Source: Eledone cirrhosa
Taxonomy: Eukaryota
Direction: 5' to 3'
NCBI GenBank assembly: GCA_964016885.1
Contig: OZ024743.1
Location: 345,898,001-345,962,000, forward strand
DNA length: 64,000 nucleotides
Positions within the stretch are counted from its first letter, which is position 1, and each line of letters begins with the position of its first letter. A model generated the notes under the pieces. It was given only the letters and a program-made list of their open reading frames with translations, was not told where the DNA came from and did not search any database. Shown here one piece after another: positions 1-15,711 of the stretch. A program made the translations under genes and the position numbers.

Positions 1-100
1 AGGTTGACTTTGCCTTTCATCCTTACGGGGTCGATAAAATAAAGTACCAGTAATGCACTGGGTAATTGCTGGCCTTGTGCCTAAAGTAGAAACAATTATT
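1..100 (+). mobile_element. tRNA-derived SINE, 3' half (family A)
   Basis: Core GTTGACTTTGCCTTTCATCCTTACGGGGTCGATAAAATAAAGTACCAG and 3' end GGCCTTGTGCCTAAAGTAGAAACAATTATT are shared with about 10 other copies in the window. Confidence 0.85.
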
Positions 101-183
101 TTGCATAATTATACATTTCTAGAAGTGTATAGATGTACGCTAATGTAATGCAGATAGGTTTTTTAGAGACATTATCAACATAC

Positions 184-215
184 CTGAAGAGTTGATTCTA
201 AATACTAATGAAACG
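184..215 (+). ncRNA. degenerate hammerhead ribozyme-like motif
   Basis: CTGAAGA-GTTG...TAAT-GAAAC; stem II is weak (G-U pairs) and stem I is not evident. Confidence 0.3.
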
Positions 216-2339
216 GAGCCGCTGACGTTCTTTCTTTAGAAAGTCAATTTAAAGCTGTTGTAATCAATACAAAATAAAATTTCCTATGCAAATAAAATGG
301 ACAGGGTTTTTAGCGTATTAAATTAAATGATACGCTTTATTTGTTCCAGCCCTCTACGATGTGAGTCTCTATCCCGTTATAGTTTAATTTTGCCTTTCAT
401 TCTTTCAAGGTCAAATAAACAACAAGTCTTGGGCTGTGATTTTACAAAATAAATAGAGCCTCGGGCAGTTTTTACGTTCTGTTTTCCCTTGAGCTGGTTT
501 TGACACCAACCTGTATCACTCATGGCCTTTTTATTGTACAACATCCGTGGTATTAAGGGGGGAGATTTGCAAGCTAATATGTGTGCTGGTTTTTCCCAAA
601 AATCCCTGTTCGAGTCTGCTCTTATGTAGTAATTGTTCATAAATGCAGATCTATGTTTTCACAAAACATGTGGAGACAGCCTTTCCGCAAATAACATAAA
701 ATCAAATAAAATTATATTGGTAAATATCAACGTCGGATATTTTCAGAAAAAAGTTTATTGTAGAAACACATTGATTTTCAAATATTCTGGAAAATGCATG
801 TACCTCACAGCATCATATTCATCCCCTCTTAAAAATTGTGGTATTTTGTAGTCAGTGAAATGATATTCTGTTAGAACAAAGTACGACTCGAGAAATAATC
901 AAGAACATATAAAGATAGTTATTTAAATACACAATTGAGAATATTCAATGTCTACTTATCTCAAGACAGTTTTCTCTTCTCATTAATACCAAAACTGTTT
1001 AGTATTCACATGGTTACGACCAGGAAATGTTAGAAATACAAAGAAATGCCATAAAATATAGCAAAACAATTTAGTACTTTAGACGTAAACCTGACAGCTT
1101 CATGTTTTGAAAACTATCCATAACTAACTATTCTAGTGCAGTATGCGAAAACTACTCGGGAGAGGACATGTGGGAAATTATTCTGATAAAAAGAAATATA
1201 ACTGTTCAAATATATACCATGATATATCATTGTGTATGGTTCTATAGATTATGTTATAAGCGTATTTAGAGGTTCAAGTTACGCCTATTCCTTTGCATAG
1301 CTTTATTTCTCAGTTTGTTGTGGCAAGACGATATAATTATGTGACACAATTATATTAGCTTTAAAAGTTATAGGAGAATAAAATAGTTGATCAGTTTACA
1401 GATATCTCGGTGATACTAGGAACATTGCTTATGTCAGATCTCACACAAAAGAAAAACATTATTCCGTATGACTCCATTCTATTGACTTACGTATCTTCAT
1501 ACAATGCGATTTACGTTTTTTCAGCTGGGTAGACTGACCTCTATTGAGTGAGCTATGGATATGATATCAACTCTAAGATAACTTCTTGAAAAAGCATCGA
1601 CATGATTGCTATATATGTTACAGATAACTGGTTCTTTATCAAATCGCATCAGAATCTCTTACAAATTATTGGATTGTATCTGTCGGTGTTTATTGTTTTT
1701 GCTACTGGATAGTTATTCTCTACACATAACACTTGTTATGGGGTATTTTGTATATGTCAACAGTTACATTGTCACTACCACCCAGGCAAATCCTGAATAT
1801 GAGGATATAAAAATATGTTGAAATGTCGCAAAATGTCTTCATTATCTGAACAACGGAAACATAAATCTTCAAATTACCATGATGGAAGGAAACTGTTTAT
1901 AATACAACTAATTGTAAGAAAGTATACTAGTGTTGAGCAATGCCTTGTGAGGAATTTCATTTCATCGGCGAAAATCGTGCATAGGCCAAGCTTCTATATC
2001 TTTATGTATATAAATATATATATAATTTTAAACAGCACATAGAACAATTAAACTAGTTATCAAAATGTTCTTGCGTAATTATACTCTTAATAAATTATCC
2101 CTATGGTGCGCGACTTGCCCCCCACCTTGTATACAGATGCATGGCGTGTCGCTAAGGAGAAACCTAGGTTATATAAAGTCAAAAGTATCGAAATATCAAT
2201 ACCTTTAGGTGTGCTCACTCAGTTATTAATGAAACACGTGTCAGTTACATAAATATTAATCCTTCAATAGCGAAATTGTTCTATTCAAGCGACCTACTAA
2301 TATATATATATATACTGTATATATATATATATATATATT

Positions 2340-2497
<158 letters not shown>

Positions 2498-2599
2498 CCT
2501 GAGTAAGGCGCGTGGCTTACTAGTTAAAGCGCCGTGTTCAGCAACGTGAGGTTTAGCATAACGTCTTTACAAATCTTTAAAAACTGACCTAAGGATGGC

Positions 2600-3130
2600 T
2601 CTGATCTCAGCGCTGATGTTTTCCAATTATGGTACAATTATGGTCCTAAGTTTATTGACAGATAGCTCTAAAGAAGAAAATTCGTGCGAGGGGTTTAAAT
2701 CAGTGTTGTATGGGGCCAAATCATAATCTGTCTTCAAATCGATCACACGATTTTGAAAGTTATTTTTCAGCCCTTCTTCCGGCTCGTTGGATGTGTGAGG
2801 ACTGGCTCCGTCATGCTGCAACCAAAATGTACTAATTAGAAATGGGCACTTGGTCTATAGCTCCTTTTCCAAGTCTTCCAGTACCTTCCATTATCTATGA
2901 AGAATGAGTCAATCAATCTTCTTTCAGAAATGTCCACTCAGACCAAAAGAACACATTGTTCTTCTCTGTCCCATAGTTCTCAAGCCTCTTCAACCAGATA
3001 TATATATTGGTTTGAACGGAGATTTATCCGTTCCCAAAAATGCAGGAAATTGCTCCTGGACTTGCTTGTACGAGGCACACCGGAAAATCTGTTACTGAAG
3101 CTCAAACTAGGGTCTTCCTGTCATCTCAGA
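2600..3130 (-). pseudogene. decayed Tc1/mariner-superfamily transposase (catalytic domain)
   Basis: Minus-strand LQHDGASPHTS...KNNFQNRVID...APYNTDLNP resembles QQDGAPxH...WPPYSPDLNP; upstream V*VDISERRLIDSFFIDNG resembles the VWxxIS..GxIGPFF motif; stops and frameshifts. Confidence 0.8.
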
Positions 3131-3201
3131 CCTAGTACCTCCTATGACCTGAAATCTGATGTTGATCGGTTAGAGAATGAATATACAATGACACAAAAGA
3201 T

Positions 3202-3259
<58 letters not shown>

Positions 3260-4059
3260 ACACACACACACACATAATATATATATATATACATATATAC
3301 TGGCTCTCTGCTCAATACAAAGCTTGACCACTTCAGTGTACATGATGCCCAGTTCTGGCATGATATTTTAAGGGTCTTTTTAGACGAGACATACTTTTAA
3401 AACGCCATCCACATGAATTGCATTTTAGTAGTGGTGCAGCTAGAAATGCCTGCGTGTTATTGAACTTTGAAATGTTACTTTAGACCTCCTTCACAATTAC
3501 AGATCCTGTGACATTTATAAGGGTGAACTGGTTTGTATGTTCTATACTCAGTAGAAAGTGTCCTTTCTGCCCTCCTGTGTGAGATTCTGCCACAAGTTGC
3601 TCAGTAGAAAAAGTTGCATTAATTTCATATTCCCTTACTGGTTGTTTTTTTTCTAATATCTCTGGTAATATTTACTTTCATTAAACTATTTTTCTCACTG
3701 GTTTTCATACAATCCCATATTTATTTAACGCTAGGTAGAGCGATCCACTGTGAGACTTTCCAAGTTTCTTGGGTCAATTCCAACATTTTTCAAGTACATT
3801 ATTTCGCATACTCTGCTTTCGTTTACGCCTGAGAATGTTCCCCATAAAAGAGTTTCTTACGGATACAATTATCAGCCATGCCGACAATATTTCTATACAT
3901 AATATGTATGCATATATATATATAATAATAATAATATATATATATTAATAATAATAAATGTGAGGACTAAAATCCAAAGTGGGCTCGATATGGATGAAAC
4001 CAGCGATTCTTTGCTTAAACTTTAATCTGTTATTTTATATATACATTTGAATTTGTTTT

Positions 4060-4290
4060 GCAAGATTTCTTATCTGAAAACGTGTGTTGAAACAGATACT
4101 TTGGGAGCGTTATGCTGCCAATAAAAACACACGCACATGCTGGTTTTCACTTCAATTTATTATAAATTTCCGGTTAGTTGGTGCAATAACCGGATGGTTG
4201 CTTATATATTGTCAAAGGTCTTTCGTCACACATTCTTTGACCTCCTCATGGACTGTTTTAATATTTTGTGTCTCTTCTTTGTTCTGTACA
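4060..4290 (-). mobile_element. HHR-bearing repeat family F copy (degenerate HHR at 4211-4256)
   Basis: Homologous to 32510-32880 and 42448-42900; minus strand ATGAGGA-GGTCA..TGAC-GAAA-GACC-TT. Confidence 0.7.
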
Positions 4291-7200
4291 AATTGTCCGG
4301 GTTGACCTCAATATAAACTTGATTTGTTTGGATCAGGTGTTTCATTTTCTATCCTAACCAGTTTTGTTTACTTCTAGAATGTATGTGCTGTCCTCAACGC
4401 CTATGAGGACAGCTTCCCTTAGCCAAGGCATAGCTTGTGTGTGTGAGGGGGGCGGGTCACCTGGGTCACTCTAACCGTTACAAATCTTTGACCTCAATAT
4501 GTTGGCAGCGGATCAGCTATTTATTTGCTACTGACTGGTGTGATGGAGTGTTGTCTGACTTCTTCTGGTGTTTTTAAAAATACGTCTACTGGGAGATGCC
4601 TCGTGGGAGATGAGTTTTGCATTCCCATGCGTGTCACAGAGTCTTTTGTATCTTGAAATCGGTCGAGGTGTTAGGCTGCCTCTGTGACTCCTCTTTAGCA
4701 TCTACTTTGCCTCCCTTATATAGTTGCCAGTTATTTTTTTCTGTATTATTCGTTGCCACTGCGAAAGAAACAGCTGATTTGGGAGAATCTATATGTGATA
4801 TGGACTTCCCCAAATCAGGGGTCACACACAGATCTGCGTTTATATGGTTACTCTAATTGCAGTCACTCTTGTTGTTCATATTCTTATTCATGTCAGATCA
4901 TTTTCCTTTGTTGCGATGGTGATGGAGTTGATGGTTGTAGTGTTGGTGTGATGGTATTAGTGTTGTTGATGTTTTGATGATCTATGTTTTTTGTTTTGAT
5001 GCTCTGGACATGATAGAGGTGATAGAGGTATTGGATACCGGTATTGCGGGATATTCATTTTCACATATTTTTAGTGTATGAATTTTGTCGTTGCTGTTTG
5101 TTTTAGCTTTGCTATAAGCTTTGTTTTTTCTGTTGTTAATTCTACATACTCAAGAATTATCTTTAAACAAAAATAGACGAAACTGTAAATGATATTACCG
5201 GGATTAACATATCTAAAGCAGCTAAAAGTTAACTAAGCATATTAAAGAAATATGCTCCAGTAATACTCCTATCTAGATTCAATAATATATATTTCTTTAT
5301 TGACAGATATATTTTTTTATCTAGATTCAATAATAGAGTAATATAAGTCCTTAATTTCCCAGTTAGATATTATTAGATATTAAGTTTTAACCACACGTTA
5401 CAACAGCATTCTGTATAATATCCTAGAGTCTCGCAGTAGATTTACCAATATCAGTGAAACTATTATGAAAGATACAGATTAGCCTGAACAGTCATGCTTT
5501 CTTAGACGTCTTCCAGGGGGCAAAGGGAGAAAGTAAATCGTTTAATGAAGTAAGAGGGATTGGTATGGCGGATATAAATATGTGATTTAGGCGTTTTGTA
5601 TATTCAAATCTCACTAAAATTTTCAGTCTTTAGACTCGTACATTAAAATGAATCGCAGTGCGAAGAAAGATTGTGTCAAGTCTGGTAGAATTGGAATTCA
5701 TAATGTAACTTGGAATCATATATTCAAGAGCATTCATAACGTTGCAGAAAACCGGCCTCCATATTATAGTGACGTACTCGTTCAAACCTTGACGTACTTG
5801 TTCAAACAGCTGAAATAATATCTAATACTATCTAAATCACACTGATATTTAATCTAAACATCTTAGCAAAAATTAAGATTCAAAAGTTTATGACTAGAAC
5901 AGTTTTTATCATAGATCTGTTCTACCGTTGAACAGGAGTTAAACAATAACGGGAAGAAAAACCTAAAATAATGAATTCTCTTAGTGTCATGAGGTCAGGG
6001 ATTTATCATAGAGGGGCACTGTTCTTTTGGTAACTACTACAGGCCATCCTTCTTTTCCTTCCTGAGCCCTCATCTCCCAAGTGAGATGTTCATGCATCTT
6101 TGTAACAGGGTTTGGTATTTAAGCAGCCTGGCAAATTTCACTTTGGCCACATACTATTTATTTCAGATAGAATTAGAGAATGAAAGAAAGACATAGCAAA
6201 AGGGAGATCTTAGTACTTCGCTGGTTCTTTATCTAAAGATCTCGAATTTATGAAAGGTAATGGAGTACTTGGCTGTTTTTAAAGTCAAAACGCAAAAAGC
6301 TAGGGAAAATAATACTCGGTATTGTTTTTGATGCCTTAACGACTCTGCCATTTGACCATGGATTATAACAAAACTAGCAGAAAAACCACCCGTAAGGTGG
6401 TTTTTCTGCTAGCATGTGTAGTGTGCATATTGATATTATATGCAAATATACATGCATGTAGATATGATACATCAAATAAAATGGTAATTGAGAGTATGCG
6501 CTTAAATTGAAGAGAGACTGTGTTACATCCTCTTCTGTAATCAGTAAAACAATTAATGGTGCATTTAAAAAGACGATATTATATATAAATTGCAACAAGG
6601 TGAAATGTAATGTAAACCAAAACGGAAAAGATTCGCGACAGAAATATAAACGTTATGACATAACGATGCAAATATATGAACATTTATATAAGCGACATGA
6701 TATAGCGTACGTTATTTCATAACCGGAAGTATGACATTTGAACATTTGAGAAGTAAATCTTGAAATAAGAAATCATTATATATAAGAATATTTATGTTTA
6801 ATGAACAGCTACGAAATTTAGTATATCAATTATGTAATATCCATTCATTATTTATTTTAAATAATCCAACTTATTGTACAAACGAGATAAAAAACAAATA
6901 AATTCAGGACACAGTCCCGTATTTTACTCTTTATTATATTATGATTACTAGGCAATTATTGTATTCGATTTTATGAAATAAAATTTACAAAAAATGCAAC
7001 GTATTGTTACTATGATGTAACAAATTGGATTGTAGAGTTCCAAATCACAGCTTTCTATCATTGGGGAGTTGATTATACGATTCAAGTATTAGGGTATCCA
7101 GAATCGACTGTTCGGTCCTTCGCTATATATTCTGCATTAAGCCTATCTAAGAAATCATTACATGTATAGTAAATGTAGCACAAAGTACGAATAAGAGTGT

Positions 7201-7807
7201 TAGCTACTTTTGGGGGCTTTAATTTCGTATAGTCCGTCCTTATCGTAAAAAAACACGAACTTTCTAATACTTTCTATTTATCCTACACTATTTAAGATAA
7301 CCATATAATATAGTCCTTCATTTTACAGTTCGTATTCATTAGCTGAGCGTGGTTTGACTACTATTTCGAAAGCGTCGAGCAAACACAGAATAGTTGTGTC
7401 GTTCGTCTCTTGAGGCATCTTATATTATGGGCAGTGCCAACACTAGACGTTGTAATAGCTATAGTAATATCAAGAAAATGTTTGTAGTCAGTAGATTTGT
7501 TTGTAGATAAATGAATAAAAATGAATAGGAAAAAAATATTTTAAAATAAGAAAATAATTATAACAGCATAAACAACAAATGTTTTAAGAAAAGAATAGCC
7601 GAAATGTATTATCAATAAGAATGAAACAAAATCCATACACACACAGACACACGCCCACAGACAAACAAGCAGACACACACATCACACACACACACACATA
7701 CACACACACACACATACATATACAAATATATATATATATAAATGTGTATATATAAATATATATATACATTCAAATATATATATATACACATATATATATA
7801 CATATAT

Positions 7808-7838
<31 letters not shown>

Positions 7839-8374
7839 ACCTATATATATATAACCTATATATATATATATATATATATATCTCTGTATATATATAACCT
7901 ATATCTCTATATCTCTCTCTATATATATATATAACCTATATATATATAACCTATACATATATATATATACACATATATATACATACATATATGTATAACA
8001 GTTTATATACATGTCATTTCAAAAACCGGGAAAAAAACCATTATTCAAATTTAAATGTAATTGAAAACCGAAATGGAAAGGTGAAAAAAGACATTAAAAT
8101 GATAGAAAGAATGAGAAGAAAATGAAAGCAGAGGAGAGAGTAAGATAGAAAGAAGAGAGAAGGACAAAAATGCTACCCACATTCACTACCATCACACATT
8201 TACACATGTTCCAAAGCCTTCTAGAAAAAATATATATATTTATTTCTCTCTATTTATTTCATTTGATATATTCATTTAGGTTTTTCTTTACAAATTTAAA
8301 TTCCCTTTAATTTATCAGTTTTGATCTTTTGTGTATGCCCTAGGAATGATTTGAGTTTTTAACATAGAATAGAT

Positions 8375-8429
<55 letters not shown>

Positions 8430-8521
8430 TGTGTATCTGTGTGTGTGTGTGTATGTGTGTGTGTGTGAAAGGCTTCGTATGTATATATAGTAGGAAGGAC
8501 ATACGATATACGTAATTATAC

Positions 8522-8608
<87 letters not shown>

Positions 8609-9025
8609 TATACATATATGTGTGTGTGTGTATGTGTGTATACACACAAAAATAGACTGAAAATCACGTGGTACATGAACACGTGCAAACTAATACACAG
8701 CAATATAAAGACCCGCAATCCAAACTCATAACTCATTCAAATTGACGCACACACACATAAAGGCACGATGTCACATTAATTCATTAACACACATACACAT
8801 ACAACTCTCTCGCCTTTTCTGTCTGTCTCTCTGTCTGTCTGTCATATGTATATATATATGTGTGTGTGTGTATGCGCATATACATTCTTGTATGCATATA
8901 CTTAAAAACATACTTATAATGCGTTACAATGGATTCACAAACCTCAAATTTATTTCACAAGCAACATACACAGAATGCGTTTATATATATATACATATAC
9001 ATTCACAGATGTATATATTTATATA

Positions 9026-9155
<130 letters not shown>

Positions 9156-9168
9156 CATTTTTTTTCCC

Positions 9169-9202
<34 letters not shown>

Positions 9203-9239
9203 TATATATATATATATGCATATATATATATATACATAT

Positions 9240-10815
9240 AACTTTGATAACTTTGATAGGTTTCGGCTATTATTGGTCCAGGCCATCTCTAACTTAATAG
9301 CACCACCTGGCGAAGTCTTACAAATCAGTGTTTGAGCACCATGGCCCACTCGAGCAGAGAGTTATTGTTTACGGAGGCATATCCGGGTGTAGGAGGCTTA
9401 TCCGCGAATTCTTGAAGGAATTTATCCAAAGACTTCTTGAACTTGATGGGGTCTATCTCTGCTTTGATGTGTTTTGGTGTAATGTTAAAGAGTGCAGGTC
9501 CATTTGAGGTGAAATAATTGTGCCGTATTGTTCTTATGTGATGCGAGTGGGAGTTTTGTCGTGGGCGGATAGCACGGACCCCAAGCATTGGGTGTACACT
9601 AAAGATTATGCCAACATCATTTGGGCTAAGCTGATGGAATATTTTTCACATCATACAGATAATGTAGCGCTCACGGCGACGTTGAAGAGAATAAAGTTGA
9701 GCTTTTCTAATCGACCTCAATAGTCAAGGCCTGTCATGCCAACTATCTTTTTTGTAATTGACCTTTGGGGTGCTTCAACTTTCATGATACTTTGTTTCGT
9801 GTGGGGTGACCACAGTGGACAACAATATTCAAGGTGGGGTCGGGCAAATGTGGAGAAGAGAAAGACAGCAGTGTGGATATCTCTCGACCGGAAAGTTCTG
9901 AGAATCCAGGAATATGCGGGCCATATCATCTTTGCTGTTTATATGAGTGGCCCAGCTTATATTGTTGTCCACAATTACTCCAAGGTTTCAGATGTTATTG
10001 GAAGCCACCAGAGTTTCACCCGAAGGAAGAGAATATGGTAGTTTCAGAGCATCCTTTTCTCCAAAGAGGATTAGTTCAAATGTATCCTCATTCAACAGCA
10101 TATTATTCATCTCTGCCCATTGGATAACAGCCAGTAGGCTGACTGAAGGCAAGTCCGGTCACCCTCCTCATTGATGTCCCTTTGGAGCTTGGAATCATCT
10201 GCGAAGATTCTGATGTTACTGTGTTTGATGATGTCAGTAATGTCATTAATGTAGATGATGAAAAGAAGTGGGCCCAACACATTGGCGTCCCACAAGGCAC
10301 TGTGGGACGCCAATGTGGACTTTGGCAGGGCTTGATTTTACTCCTTCGACTACAACATGCTGGGTTCTGCCTGTCAGGAAACATTTGGTCCACTGTAGTA
10401 ACCTTCCAGAGACAACAACATTGGATAGTTTTTTCAGTAGAATCTTATGATCAACCCTGTCGAAGGCCTTGCTGAAATCAAGGTTGATGACATCAGTGTT
10501 GGAGCCCTTTCCCAAGGCTCTTAAAACATTGTCAAAGTGATGCAGGAGCTGCGTTAGGCAGTCCGTTCGATTACGGAACCCATGTTGGTTGGAGTTCAGC
10601 AGGCCGTTTCTTTCAAGAAAGTGGGTTATTCGTGATCTCACCACCCTCTCAAATACCTTGATAATATGAGAGGTGAGTGAGATAGGACTGCAAGGGACTT
10701 ATTTCCCTTTTTGAAGACTGGGACAACGGACTGGGACAGAAAGTTTTCAGCAATATAGCCAGTGTCCAGTGAGTTCCTCCACAGATTAGCAATAGGAGTT
10801 GCAAGTTGGTGTCGA
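9240..10815 (-). mobile_element. 5'-truncated CR1-type LINE, RT domain and 3' end
   Basis: NQHGFR, LDFSKAFDRVDH, GVPQ, LGPLLFIIYIND, FADDSKL and RPHLEYCCPLWSPH across frameshifted ORFs 10246-10644, 10107-10313, 9717-9929 and 9325-9588; short TATCAAAGT tail repeat; both flanks (TA)n. Confidence 0.92.
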
Positions 10816-10899
10816 CACACATATATATATATGTAAATATATATATATACATATACATATAATTATATATATATATATACATATATATATACATATACA

Positions 10900-10993
<94 letters not shown>

Positions 10994-11014
10994 TATATAT
11001 TTATATATATATAC

Positions 11015-11066
<52 letters not shown>

Positions 11067-11067
11067 G

Positions 11068-11111
<44 letters not shown>

Positions 11112-11183
11112 ATTATATATATATACATATATATATAAATATACATATCATTTTATATATATATATATATAATTATATATATT

Positions 11184-11217
<34 letters not shown>

Positions 11218-11241
11218 CACACACATATATATATATATGTG

Positions 11242-11306
<65 letters not shown>

Positions 11307-11519
11307 CGCATATTTGTAGTTGTATAGTGCATACCTAACACGTATGGCCCAGACAAAGGCAACACAGACACGTTCACATATGTACATTTCTATATGTACA
11401 GTCTCCTAGAAGTCAATACAGTTTCATCAAGACTTTTATCAATTTCAAGGTGTTTGTAAAAATTAGCATTGAACAAGGCGATAACGACAAAAACAAATAT
11501 TAATTCTACTTTAAATCGC

Positions 11520-11890
11520 CCCCACCACTAATACCATCACCATTACATATACTACCACCATCATTACGTCTACTACAAACACCACCACCACTCACCCGGC
11601 AACCAATATTCCACCATTACATTTACTATAATAAGCGCCACTAAAACCAACTCTACTTCTACTACCACGACGATGGTGATAGCTACAACCACAACCAGAC
11701 GCCCCACCTGCACTAATTGCAGCATCAGTAAGAATACCATCATTATTACTTATATCACTACTTATAACACCACCACAACGACTACCACCTTAACAGCCAC
11801 CACTATCATCCGCCAATACTATCACCATCACCAGCCCCATTAAATGTACCACCACACCGTCTACCACATAAGTAACCACCAATACTACTA
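11520..11890. repeat. degenerate (ACC/ACT)n trinucleotide tract
   Basis: Directly visible. Confidence 0.75.
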
Positions 11891-12015
11891 CATTTTGAAA
11901 TACGATTACACAAATATAGCCCGAATCAATCGAGATTAATCTATAACCACAGGCAATACAACCATCAACCATGGCAATCCTGTCTTCCCCTGCTATATAT
12001 ATATATATATATATA

Positions 12016-12845
<830 letters not shown>

Positions 12846-12879
12846 TATATTAAGTTGTTAAACCATATTCGATGATTAT

Positions 12880-13034
12880 GTCAAACTACCTAGATTAAAT
12901 CTTAACCATTTAACATCTCAGGGTATGTCATGTATCATTATATTTTGTCTGATGAGGACGTACTGTTGTACATCCGAAATATGTATAATAAATTGTAATT
13001 GATCAAAAGAACATCTATTTTATTAATACTTATA

Positions 13035-13040
<6 letters not shown>
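12880..13040 (+). mobile_element. PLE terminal-repeat-like stub (family B)
   Basis: Homologous to 47490-47650 (-) and 47890-47990 (+); ends in (TA)n. Confidence 0.75.
12940..12992 (+). ncRNA. minimal type-I hammerhead ribozyme
   Basis: CTGATGA (12949)-GGACGTAC-TGTT-GTACATCC-GAAA-TATG-TA; intact core and stem II, weak stem I. Confidence 0.75.
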
Positions 13041-13119
<79 letters not shown>

Positions 13120-14413
13120 ATATATATATATACATGATGGTCTACATAGAGGCTTCCTCATTGACTCGTCTTCCAACTCAACCCTATTAATTGTAGTTGG
13201 AAATGGTAAGAATTATCAACAACTCGTAAATCACAATCAATATCATCATCTTTCTCATTATCAGTTCCCTTTATTTCTATTATTATTATAGTTGGTCTAG
13301 TTTTCTGTTGACGAACTAGAAAGTGACTGGGTTAATATTCCCCAGTAGAAAACAACATTCGACTGTTTCCTATTGAATGTGATCCCGACACTCAATTGCG
13401 AATACCTTTAATAAGTCAGATTTAACAGTCATCTATATCTACGTAGTGTCACAATCTCTTGGAAATCGTAACCAAATTTTTCCCCAAACTCATTCTAAAT
13501 CTAAAACTGAAAAACACATTTAATTAGAAGAGCTTCGATTTAAGTATTTTGTTTAAACACATAGGGGATTGCCAGTACTGGAACGGCTTTAATCAAACAA
13601 AAACATCTACAACAGTTGGTCACTATTATGACTGTTAACATCAAGGGTTTGTAATTGTTGGAGCGACTCTGATTAAAGAACAATAATTACACTTTGGTCA
13701 TTTTAAAAACTACCAGCATGTCCCTACCGACAATATTCGCCTTTGTGTTCATCTTTATCAGAAATATGTTTAAAGTCGAATTATGCCACATCTACATTTT
13801 GGGCATTTTCTCACTGGGATTAGCATATGTTGTATTTCAGTGAGTAAGCTATATTTTATTAGGGTTATAATTACCTTCTTCCCGAATGATTCGTTCGATC
13901 ACCTTGCTAATATATGAAAAAAAAGTTATAGGGTTATAAATTTCTTATGCCGTATGGTATTTCGACAATTCACTATTTTCCGCAAAGATATGAAATCTGT
14001 AACTGTAGTGTTACAGCTAGGGCGTTTCTAAAATGTCTACGGGAGAATTATTTGGTATCCAAATAGAGACTGATACTAAACTTACATTTATTTTGACTAT
14101 GAAGGCTGGTATATCTGTTTCATATAGGTCCACGTAATTGATAGTGGGATTTCGCAATGTAACGCTTTAATTTTGAAAACCTCCCTTCGCTAAATTATTA
14201 GATTATGTATCAGCAGGGTTGTGAACACTCTATTGAATTGTACATTCAAATTTTTTTTTTGGGGGGGGGGGGTATTTTTGAATCTTCCATCTTTTTCAAA
14301 TCACGTTCATAATTATGGAAAATATTTCTACTGTGATTTAGTGTGTTTCTACGAGTAGATAGATTATACCCCCCCCCCACACACGCACACGCACACCCAC
14401 CCACATACACACG

Positions 14414-14472
<59 letters not shown>

Positions 14473-15024
14473 GTATGTGAGAGAGAGAAGATGAAAACTC
14501 GTGAAAAAGGCGTGCGGTGTGTATTAACAGGAAGAAAAGCTATCTAGCAAGTTTTACGGCCGTTGTTTCCACATCCCACACAAATGGAGCTGTACCTACA
14601 TTTGTCATGATTATTAGATGATCTCCTAGTGTGTTGTTTTTACACTCCTCCAGCTGAATATGAAATCAGGATCTTATTTCCGATTCCTGTCGTTTACAAC
14701 ATTCGGTCCCAAAACCCTCGATAGAACTCAAATTTCATATCCATTTAAATCTACTAAACATGGGTTTTCCCCCAATGGAAGATATCTATTTTTCTTAGCA
14801 TCATTAAATTTTTAAAGGCTTCACGTATTCTATGTTACGCCCAGTTGTCATTCCTCTTTGATAATAGTTACTTTGCGACTTTCTCAGCAATCTTCGAGAG
14901 GCGTTTGATCGATGATGTTCTTTTTCAGCCATTATTTCTGAGCTGACCAGGGAAGATGTGACAAATTCTCGAGTGTCAAATTTCCCTGGTTATGTATATA
15001 TACATATATATATAAACGTAATGA

Positions 15025-15056
<32 letters not shown>

Positions 15057-15059
15057 AGA

Positions 15060-15323
15060 AGGACGAATGGTTTCTCCTCCATTACATCTATTGGTTGGCG
15101 ACGCGTGTTTTGCTACTGATCAGCTCAAGGTTCGATCTGTATGGATCTGGCTTGACACTGGAATCAAAAGCACGTCGGACCTCTGTCGTAGTAATGACAG
15201 AGGTCCGACGAGCTTTTAATTCCAGAGTTGGATCAGATCGATACAGATCGAACCTTGAGCTGATCAGTAGCGAAACGCGCGTCACCAACCAATAAACGTA
15301 ATGAAGAAGTAAACATTCGTCCT
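15060..15323. repeat. 264-bp imperfect palindrome of two divergent HHR-like units (family C)
   Basis: Arms mirror about 15191.5; right arm GGT-CCGACGA-GCT...AGC-GAAA-CGCGCG-TC-ACC; single-arm relative at 50070-50205. Confidence 0.9.
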
Positions 15324-15325
15324 TG

Positions 15326-15514
15326 TGTGGATTGGCACTATCGTTAGAGGGTCGGACGCTATGCTTTGACGCATAGAATTACGGTCCTTGCCATTCTGAG
15401 TTCAAATGCCGCCGAGGTTAACTTTGCCTTTCATCCTTACGGGGTCGATAAAATAAAGTACCAGTAATGTACTGGTTAATTTCTGGCCTTGTGCCAACAG
15501 TAGAAACAATTATT
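15326..15514 (+). mobile_element. full-length tRNA-derived SINE (family A)
   Basis: A-box-like TGGCACTATCG, B-box GAGTTCAAATGC, conserved core and 3' end. Confidence 0.88.
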
Positions 15515-15613
15515 GTATACTCTGTCTAGCTTTACATCTCTATACTGACGTGAACTTAAATATTGAGTGCTCACCCGGGTGAGACATGCAGTAGCTCCGC
15601 GTTACACTCCTTG

Positions 15614-15711
<98 letters not shown>

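Noticed and set aside
377-851. 87-aa and 72-aa ORFs of ordinary complexity
   Set aside because: No recognisable motif or splice context; neighbouring frames are full of stops
4300-4980. GC-richer stretch with short ORFs next to family F, possibly a PLE ORF fragment
   Set aside because: No diagnostic motif could be read
15088-15295. Two near-identical 66-aa ORFs on opposite strands
   Set aside because: Artefact of the palindrome
15326-15420. tRNA gene (A and B boxes)
   Set aside because: No cloverleaf; continues into the SINE core, so it is a SINE head
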